Part shown: positions 9,584 through 17,900 of the stretch, one piece after another
Numbering within the stretch: the first letter of the stretch is position 1
Layout of the letters: every line of letters begins with the position of its first letter
Source: an uncultured Cytophagia bacterium
Lineage (GTDB): Bacteria; Zhuqueibacterota; Zhuqueibacteria; Oleimicrobiales; Geothermoviventaceae
NCBI GenBank assembly: GCA_964644845.1
Contig: CAZXXS010000056.1
Coordinates: forward strand, 1 to 64,000
DNA length: 64,000 nt
Direction: 5' to 3'
Made by a program: the position numbers and the translations under genes
The notes under the pieces: generated by a model
The model's database searches: none
The model's input: only the letters and a program-made list of their open reading frames with translations
What the model was told of the DNA's origin: nothing

Positions 9584-11968
9584 TCAGTTCAGCTCCTCCG
9601 TGGTCTTGCGAATTTCGCGGGCGTGCGAGTAGAACTCCTCGAGATTCATCCGCCGCAGGTACACAAAGCCACGCGTTCCCCGAATCAGTGGGCTTGGGTG
9701 TTCGTTAAAGAATCGCCGACCAAGTGCCGTTTTCAGCATCTGGTACTGCTCAACCTGAATCTGTTGCGCCAGGCCACTGAACGGTCCGTCGTACTCGTAA
9801 CTTGGGAACGAGGCATCTTTCTGAGACACGAAAGCGTTGAGAAAAGCGTTTTGCAGAACAGCAAACATGTTCAACGACACGGGCACAAAGATGTTCGCCT
9901 CTGAAGGGTGGAAGCGGTACCAGACATTGCGGTAGCCGAGAACCTCGATGTCTGAACGCCCGGACTCTTTCTCCCAACGACGGAGCGCCTCCGCCACGGC
10001 CTGCAGCACCTTGTAGTGAGTGTCGGGTCCGCTGGCCTCCGGATCGAGGGCGACCGTGACGACGTCCGGGTTCACTTTGCGGAGCAGGCGCAGAATCGGC
10101 GGCACGTCGCGGTCAGCCGTTGGCTCCTCGGTGAAGATGTCGCCCTTGTAGAAACCAAGCCGGAGGTGGTGCACAGAACTGCTGTCAAAGCCCAGGTAGC
10201 CCCAGAGACAGTCCGCTTCCCACTCGCGAATCATGCCTTTGAGCTGCTGGATGTAGGGCAGATCCTTCTTACCGGGGTACTGGGTTTCGAAGTAGTTGAT
10301 CAGCTCGTCAATGCGGTGTTTCAGATTGTCGATGTCCTCTTCCTCGAAAATCTCGATCAGGTTGCGCAGAAGCCGCCGTGCTTCGCCCTCGTCCTTCATG
10401 ATGGGCCGGTCCGCAGCCACGCCGTCCAGGTACTGCCAGACGTCGCGGTTACGGCCGTTGACGTTGCTCGGATCAAAGTAGCCAGCTTTGATCAGGTCGT
10501 CAAACGCTCGCCGGCGGAGGAAGTAGCGCAGCTTCTGCAACAGAGAGAGTGCGTAGCGATTCGTTACGGCCGTAAACCCCGAGGTCATGTAGGTGAAGTG
10601 GTGTTTGTTGCTGGCTTCCCGAATGTGACGAACCGCGTAGGGCAGGTAACCGAGCATGATGTCGTCGTGGTGCGGTGCCGTGTGCAGGAAAACCGTTTCG
10701 CGTCGCAGCTTCATGCCGGTGTCGAGCTTGCTGAGCAGGCGACCTTCGATGTTTCGGACCAGAACCGGGACGTTCTTCGAGTCCTCCGGGAGCTTCTCGA
10801 GCAGAACGGACCCGCACAGGTCGTCCTGTAAATCTTCGGCAGTCAGGTCGCGTACGCGTTTTCGCTCCTTCAGGGCCACGTCGAGCACGACTTTCTCAAC
10901 CATCTCGTCCGTGAGCTGCTCGCTCTGCTTGAGCCAGCGTACGCGACGTTCGTCCAGGTATTTTGCGGCTCCACGGGTGATGAAGAACCTCGCGTTTGGC
11001 AATTTGTGAAGAGCAGTGGCCGGGTAGCGGATGTGCGGCTCTTCTTGAACCGCATCGCGCACGACTCTGGCTTTTGCCTCGCCGGCGGCAATGATGATCG
11101 CGGTTGCGTCGGGGTTAGCGGTGATGGTAGCCAGCCCAATGGTAATGACCAGCCGTTTGCGCGCGACCTCGATGCCTCCGAGGTCTGTGGCTGCGGCCGC
11201 CTGAGTCTCGTAGTTGGTCGGCGTGAGTCGAGTTGTGGAGTTGTGGTCTGAACCCCGGACGTTGAAGGCGATGTGTCCGTCGGGTCCGATGCCACCGAGG
11301 AAGAAACCAATGCCACCGAGCGCACGAACCCTTTGCTCGTAATCGTGGCACCACTGGTCCACCGCTTCGAGCACGCGTTTCTGCAGTCGCTCCAGGCTGT
11401 TCTTGGGCTGCCGGTAGCGAAGCGAAAGATCAACCTCAGCGTCCGGCCACACGTCCTCGATGTCCAGGTTGGGCGGAATGCCGATTTGGGAGCTGTCGAT
11501 TAGCAGCGCTTTCTTCGGGTCAAGGTGGAAACCACTGATGTAGAATTTGTTGACGTAGTAGTAGAAACTGTTGTGTTGGGCGGGATCGATGGGGTAAAAC
11601 TCGTCGATCTGTACGAAATGCAAACTCTGCATGTCGGGGCGAACACCCGGGTCGAGGCCGTTAGTTTCAAGGTCTTCGCGTGTTTCGGGTTCGTCCCAGG
11701 TGTCCAGGTAGTGTGTGACCCACTTGATGAAGTACTCCGGTGTCTTTCCGGTTGGTAGCGACACAACACCACCGGGGTTGGCCTGAACCCACTCCAGAAA
11801 ACGCAACGCTGTGAGCTTGCCCAGGCTGGGGAAGTTGTCAACGATGATTGTTCCGATTTTCTCAGTCGGAGGGTAGTAGAGATCAAAGCCGCTGCGCTCT
11901 AAAGCGATCTTTTCGACCTGCGAGTGAACAGCAGGCGTCTTGGTGGCACGCTTTTCTGTTCGTGGCAT
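9584..11968 (-). CDS. Long-form glucosamine-6-phosphate deaminase (NagB-like N-domain) fused to LmbE/PIG-L-like deacetylase domain
   Basis: The N-terminal region has NagB-family motifs (LPTGKTPEYF; GIGPDGHIAFN). The C-terminal half carries FLHTAPHHDDIMLGYLPY, an HxDD zinc-hydrolase motif of the LmbE/PIG-L fold. The track ORF extends to 12259. I placed the start at M98 (ATG 11966-11968), just before the deaminase domain. Confidence 0.65.
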   Translation of the reverse strand: MPRTEKRATKTPAVHSQVEKIALERSGFDLYYPPTEKIGTIIVDNFPSLGKLTALRFLEWVQANPGGVVSLPTGKTPEYFIKWVTHYLDTWDEPETREDLETNGLDPGVRPDMQSLHFVQIDEFYPIDPAQHNSFYYYVNKFYISGFHLDPKKALLIDSSQIGIPPNLDIEDVWPDAEVDLSLRYRQPKNSLERLQKRVLEAVDQWCHDYEQRVRALGGIGFFLGGIGPDGHIAFNVRGSDHNSTTRLTPTNYETQAAAATDLGGIEVARKRLVITIGLATITANPDATAIIIAAGEAKARVVRDAVQEEPHIRYPATALHKLPNARFFITRGAAKYLDERRVRWLKQSEQLTDEMVEKVVLDVALKERKRVRDLTAEDLQDDLCGSVLLEKLPEDSKNVPVLVRNIEGRLLSKLDTGMKLRRETVFLHTAPHHDDIMLGYLPYAVRHIREASNKHHFTYMTSGFTAVTNRYALSLLQKLRYFLRRRAFDDLIKAGYFDPSNVNGRNRDVWQYLDGVAADRPIMKDEGEARRLLRNLIEIFEEEDIDNLKHRIDELINYFETQYPGKKDLPYIQQLKGMIREWEADCLWGYLGFDSSSVHHLRLGFYKGDIFTEEPTADRDVPPILRLLRKVNPDVVTVALDPEASGPDTHYKVLQAVAEALRRWEKESGRSDIEVLGYRNVWYRFHPSEANIFVPVSLNMFAVLQNAFLNAFVSQKDASFPSYEYDGPFSGLAQQIQVEQYQMLKTALGRRFFNEHPSPLIRGTRGFVYLRRMNLEEFYSHAREIRKTTEELN

Positions 11969-12905
11969 TGAAGAAATCCCCGTGCTTGATCTGCGTTTTC
12001 CGTTTGATCCAGCGAAATTTAGCGAAACCTGTCTTAAGGCCCAAGAGGAATCTGGGTGGGTTCCACTGGTTTTAGCGCGCACGGCACCGGTTTTGCTGAA
12101 GAAAGGTTTACGCATTTGTAGCAGGGATGCCGCCGGTCCCGGCGGAAAGCAAAGCAAGGGGCTACGGGTCGAGTACACACCGGGACCAGGTGGTTTTCGG
12201 TGGTGCCAGCGGCTCGCCTGTGGCCCTGAGGGCGGGGAACGGGTGCCTTTGAACGCCACGCAGAACGGCGCTCAGTCGGTGTCGCTCCGACGCCAGCCAC
12301 CGGCGACGGCAGAGTTTCGGCGAGCGTTGATGTGTGGAAAAACCTTGCTTTCTTTGGTAGTTGTCGGTATCTTTGCGAGAAATTTAGGGAACGTGTTCGA
12401 AATCTGCGTCTCCGGTGCGAAAGTGGATCTCACGCAAGGAGACAGGCGTAGGTGGACCGGTGGGCTTGTCAGCGCAATTCCTCTGAGATCCGCTGCCACG
12501 ATTCGCACCGACGTACGTTCGGCAGGCCAACCGGGTTTTGACAGGTACCGGTGCGCGCTGGCAGGGCGAACCGAGGCTGCTTGCACGGATTCCGACAGAG
12601 GCTCGCGAATCGTGCGTGAACTTGAACCGGCGGTGTCCGGGGTCACGCTGCTGCCTGCTCCTCCGCGAGCTGCTTCGGGCAACCGTGGGACAGGTCATTT
12701 TGCGGATGTTTTCAGGTCTTGCGGTGCAAGACGGCGGTTTCTCCGACCACGCTGCTGCGGGCGGAGGTACGCCCCGCGACAGGCGAATCGCGCAGGAAAC
12801 GCGTCCGGACTGAGCCGAGTTCTGCAGGGAGCGAGCCCCTTAGGCGGCGAGTCGCGAAGACGAAAGGCAAATTTCTGGAGGCCCTACGCAGGGAGGACGT
12901 GATTG

Positions 12906-13892
12906 ATGATCTGGCTCGTTGCTCTTTTGGTTCTGGTGGCAGGTGTTGTTGCGCTTGAATTTCGGGTCCGCCAACCCGACCAGCTGGTCCTCACCGAAAA
13001 GGGCGGCAGGGTTGTCCTTCGTAAGGGGCGATTTTACCCACGCCACTTCAGCTTGTCTGTGCCGGCGGTCGTCAGGTCCATTTCGCTGGAAATTCCGGCA
13101 GAGGCCAAAGGCCACGTACCGGTAAAGGCAAAGATTCTGGTGGCGGTAGCCCCGGACCCCAGACGCGTTGAGGCGCTGGTCAGGGTAGGAGGGTGGCAGC
13201 GGAACGCGGCCGAAGCGGCAGCGGCGGCTTTGCAGGACAGCGTACAGGCCGTGGTGCGTGCTCTGGTTGAGAAACGGGAAATCGATGCCCTCTCGACCGG
13301 GGAGCTGGACCGTTCGTTTCGCAACGAGTTGGAGAAGGCGGCAGCGGACTACGGGCTTGCAGTTGTGTCTGCGCACGTGCTGGCGGTTGAACCCGAGGAC
13401 TCAGAGCTGGCCGAAGCGATGGCGCGGCGTGAGGCGGCCAGGATTCGCGAAGAAACGGAGCGCGCAACGCAGGAGGCCCGCGTCGCCGAGGCCAAAGCAC
13501 GTTTCGCCGCGGAAGAAGCGATCGCCGAGACGGAGCACCGCCTGGCTCTCAAGCGCCTGAAAATGCGGTCGGAACAAGAGAGGCGCGAGGCGGAGCTGGC
13601 GCGAATCCGGGTAGAGGAAGAAGCGGAGCGGCGCCGACTCCAGCTGCAAGTTGACCGCGAAGAAGTTGAACTCCTGGCAGGCCACCCTGAGTTGCTGATT
13701 CTCACCCCCCAGGTGGTGCGGCTTGCCGAGGCCAGTCAGACCTTGCGGAACGCCCGGACGGTTGTTTCCCTCGGTGCGGAAGTGGGTGAAGCGGCCCCGC
13801 TTGTGGAGCGTCTGTTGAGTCTGCTTCAGGCCGGAAAAAGCGGTGGTGCGGCATCCGAACAGGAGAGCGGCGAAGCAAAGGGGAGCGCGTAA
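12906..13892 (+). CDS. SPFH/band-7 (flotillin/stomatin-like) membrane protein
   Basis: N-terminal TM helix (IWLVALLVLVAGVVAL), an SPFH core, then a long Ala/Glu/Arg-rich coiled-coil tail (EAARIREETERATQEARVAEAKARF...). GGGAGG lies 10 nt upstream of the ATG at 12906. Confidence 0.75.
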   Translation: MIWLVALLVLVAGVVALEFRVRQPDQLVLTEKGGRVVLRKGRFYPRHFSLSVPAVVRSISLEIPAEAKGHVPVKAKILVAVAPDPRRVEALVRVGGWQRNAAEAAAAALQDSVQAVVRALVEKREIDALSTGELDRSFRNELEKAAADYGLAVVSAHVLAVEPEDSELAEAMARREAARIREETERATQEARVAEAKARFAAEEAIAETEHRLALKRLKMRSEQERREAELARIRVEEEAERRRLQLQVDREEVELLAGHPELLILTPQVVRLAEASQTLRNARTVVSLGAEVGEAAPLVERLLSLLQAGKSGGAASEQESGEAKGSA

Positions 13893-13898
13893 TTTCCG

Positions 13899-14900
13899 GT
13901 GGTGTCGCAGATCCTGACAAACTCTTCCGCTGACGTGGACCTGTTTGCACTCAGGCCCTTCGCGGCAGCAAAGGTCTCCGAAATCAGCGAGGCGACCGCC
14001 CTGTCGCGCGTTCCTCCGCAGGAGCGGGTGAATTTCCACATCGGTAATCCGGTTCAAGATGCGCGCTTGATTTTGGCCTACAAAACGCTGCTGCTCGGGC
14101 GAGCGAACGGTGAAGCGCTGGACTTGAGCGATTTGCAGACCCTGGCCGGTGACCTCGACATCGAGCCCCGTCTGACGCCTTTTCTGGAACTTGTGCTTCG
14201 CTCCGTAGACCGGAGTGTTACGTACCTGCCGCGTGGTGGCTTTTCGCGGCACGACCCAGGGCCGCTCGCTCCGCTGGTGCGGAAGTGGCTCCTGGAAAGG
14301 CAAGAAGAGCCGTTGTCGTACGACCTGGGTGTGGACAGCGGTCGTCGGGAGCTCACATTTGCCAGCGGCGGCCGGTGGGAAGCACTTCGTGTTCTCTTCG
14401 CGACGTTGAATGAGCACCTGGTGGCTCGACCGGCGGTTGTGCTGCTCTGGGGACTCGATCTGCCGAGACACCTGCTTACGTTCGAAAATCTGCGACTGGT
14501 GCGTCTCGACGCGTCAGCTTCGGTTGCAAATGCGTTACGGGAAAGCCTGGAGTCGGCGTCAACGTCGCCGCATTTTGTCTTGTTGGGCGCAGTGCCACCG
14601 GAGCGAGAACGTCGGCGACTGCGTTTTCTGGCCCTGGAAAGGCCCGTTCGGATCATCGAAACGAGCAACGCTCCCAACCATCTGTCGCTGGCTCGCGAGG
14701 CCGGTTTGGCGGAGCTCGTTCTCCGCATTTTGACACCCGACTTTTTCTTGCCCCAACTTGGCGCCCTTTCGCTCGCCGTTGTCCTGGGCAACAGCGAGTT
14801 GCTCACGGCGTTCGAGAAAATGCATTTTCAGCTCAAAGGCACGCCTTCGGGGCCGGAAATCGAGCTCTTGGCTTTCGCGCTACAGCACCCCGATTTGTTC
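13899..14900 (+). other. Domain: degenerate class-I aminotransferase-like N-terminal domain of the giant ORF
   Basis: VNFHIGNPVQD matches the N-terminal LxxGxP motif. RELTFASGGRWEALRVLFATL matches the TxGxxEAL motif. No SxSK lysine was found in this domain. Boundaries are approximate. Confidence 0.4.
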
Positions 14901-17900
14901 ACCCGACAACCGTGGGAACCAGCGGTCTGGAAAGCTCCAACTGAGACGGTTGCCGCCAGCGTGACGGACGCGACCGTACCGGCCGCAGAAAAGCTGGCCC
15001 TCGCGTTGAGTGGCTACCTTGCTCAGGTTGAGGCGTTTGCGACGCGAGCCTCTTCGTTCGTTGATGCGGTTTCACAGCGAGTGGAAGAAAGGGCGCAACG
15101 TGTTTCCCAGAGCGGTGAAGCCGTGTTCAGTCGAGCCTCACGGCCTTTCGTTGGCGGACGGGGCCACTTTGATCCTTTGGGGCACGCGACATTCGCGGAG
15201 TTGCTGGAGCAACTGGCAAACCGAATTTCGGATCCCGAGTGGGAACGGGACCTGGAAGCCGCTTTTCTCGCGGCTTTTGTTGCGCAGCATCCGGAGTACG
15301 AACACGAGGCTTGCTTTGCCCTCAGCGGTTCGGCGCGAACCGCCCTCAGCTTGCTGGGATTTCACGCGGGAGTCTCCGATGTAGTTGTGCCGGACTTGAG
15401 CTGGACGTACGAAAACTGTTTTCCGAATGTCACCGCGGTGCCGCTTTCGCCCGAGCTCGAGCTGGACGTGGCGAAAATCCGGCGGGCGGTTCGGGAAAAG
15501 TTGGCCACCGACGCCAACTGGAAAGAACACGGCGCGGTTGTTCTGAACAATCCCCACAATGCTACGGGGAAAGCGTTTCGGGAAGACGCGGTCGAAGAGC
15601 TCCTGCTGTGGGCGCTGGAAAATGGCGTCCGGGTTGTGGACGACCTGTCGTACGAAAACGTTGGTCCCTGGGATCACCTCTCTGGGCCGCGGACTGCACG
15701 CCAGATTGCCTCGAATCTCGTACGAACCGGTCGGTTGCCTCGCGAGGCGTTGAAGAATCTGGTTACGGTGCACTCGCTGTCTAAAACAGACTGCTTTGCG
15801 GGGGCACGGCTTGCCGTGGTGGAAATTCTCGACCGGGACTTGCGGCAGCGTTTCGCTGCCGTGGCGAAAACCATTCGCCCGAATCATCTGGCCATCTTGC
15901 TGGCTTACCTGTTTTACCGAAACCCACCGGACCGGGTCCGCAGCTACTGGTTACTGCGGAACCGCGTGCTTGCTGAAAGGATGACGGCGCTGGAAGAGGC
16001 TGTGCGGGAGTTGCCCGTCGAGCGCAACCCGTACGGACTCCGAGTGGTCAGACCCAGAGCCAGCATGTACCCGCGTCTTGAGGTCCAGCGTCTGCCGAGC
16101 GGCGTGTCGCTGGACTGGATTGCCACGAGTTTGGCTAACCGTGGAATTGGCTTGATTCCGTTCTCCACTTTTGCACGCACAGCGCAGGGCTTCGATTTGG
16201 CGCACCGGTCGTTTCGTCTGACGCTCGGTGGGGGCGATTCTACGACGGCACTGCAGCGAAAAATGCGCCGCACGCTGATCGACCTGAACCGGGTGCTCGG
16301 TGACGAGGAGAGCCGGTACAACCTGCGTGTCCCGCGCTCTACGGGAGTGGCCGTGGCGTCAGTGCGTTCCGGCCACGTGGAAGAGCGCTGGAACGAGGTG
16401 GAAAAGCACCTGGCCAAACGGGTCGACGTACATTTCAGAGACCTTCGGCGACGATTCGGCAAGGACTTTGGGCATCACCAGCGGGCAGAGTTTCTCGAGT
16501 CGTACGTGCCGAAACGCCTGGGGCACTTCCGACGGATGCTGGACGCAGAGCTGAAGGTTGAGGAGTTGCTGCGCGGCACTTCGGAGGCACAGCCCCGGGT
16601 AATTCTTGAGCTTCTCGAATCGGAACTGCAAACGCCCACGCTTTCCGACAGGAGAGAGGCATTTCGGCGGCGGCTGTTCGATCGAACGGTCCACCCGACC
16701 CAGGTTTACTCCGTTCAGGTCGACGTCCAGGCACGTCGGCTCGTCCACCGTGTCGCGGAAGGGCAGGCTTTCGACGCCCGCCAGCTGAACACGCTGGCGC
16801 GCGAAATGGTCCGGGAGTTTCTCGGCGAGAACGTACCCGTGACGTCCAAGGCCGAAGCGCGCGAGCTTGTGTGCGACCTTCGCACGCTGGTGCAGACCGA
16901 AGACTACCTGCGCTTTCAGTTCGGTGAGGAAGAACCGCTTCTGCTTTCGTTCTGGGGCGATTGGGACGGCAGCACCAGACCTTCCGGACAGGGACACCGC
17001 CTTTCGGCAGCGGCCCTGCTTGAGGACGTCCGGCAGTTGGCTGCTCTGCTCAGGACTGCGACGACGTTAGGCGTGGACCTGGCCGTTCCGACGGAAGTGG
17101 CTGAGGCTGTTCAACGCCTGGAGGAGCACAACCAGGCGTTCTGGCGACTGCTCGACGACATCACCGATCTCACGAGTCAGCTGGAGCAACGGTACCTGCG
17201 CGTGCTACCCTTCGACGTGCGCACGGGCGCGTTTCGACGGCTTGGGATGCGGCTCCGGCTCGCCCGCGATCCTCTGGCTGCCCTCTGGCAGCACAACGAC
17301 CGCCTGGAGCGCCGCATGCTGAAACTGCGCCGCGACCGACGAGCGAGCCTGGAGTTTTACCTGAAGCTCGATCAGGCGCTGCGAGAGGTACTCGCCCGAA
17401 ATCTCGACCGTTTGGAGCCCCTTCTCAAGCACCCGGCTGGGGCCCGCGTTCTGGCGCGGTACAGGGATGTTCTGCGTCGCTTCGCCCTGACACCACGGAT
17501 CCACCAGCGGATCATCGTAGCGCACGATCAGTTCGCGATTGACACCACGGTGCACAACCTGGTGGAGATCAACCGACTGGCTGTGCGTTACGGTGTGCCA
17601 GGAATGATCTTCGGAATTCAGATCAGCATGTCGACAGATCCGGAGGCGCTGGTTGCTCTGGACCGCAAAATCCGTGCGGAGCGTTTGGCGGCGCAACGCA
17701 GACATGGCGGTCCTCAGGCCCCAGCGGTGTGGGTGATTCCTTTGTTCGAAGATCTCGATTCGGTCCACAATTTGGACAAGTACCTCGACCGCGTGTGGGA
17801 TTACGCTGTCCAGAGTCGCCGGGCCGGCCAACCGGCAGCTGACCGGTTCTCGGAAATCATTTGTGAGATCTTTGTGGCCGGTTCAGATCTGAGCCAGCAA

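Noticed and set aside
10016-10831. 271-aa plus-strand ORF within the NagB-LmbE fusion gene
   Set aside because: Antisense shadow with a Val/Ala/Gln-rich low-complexity translation.
11969-12259. 97-codon upstream extension of the NagB-LmbE ORF
   Set aside because: Pro/Gly/Ser-rich low complexity. The deaminase domain starts right after M98.
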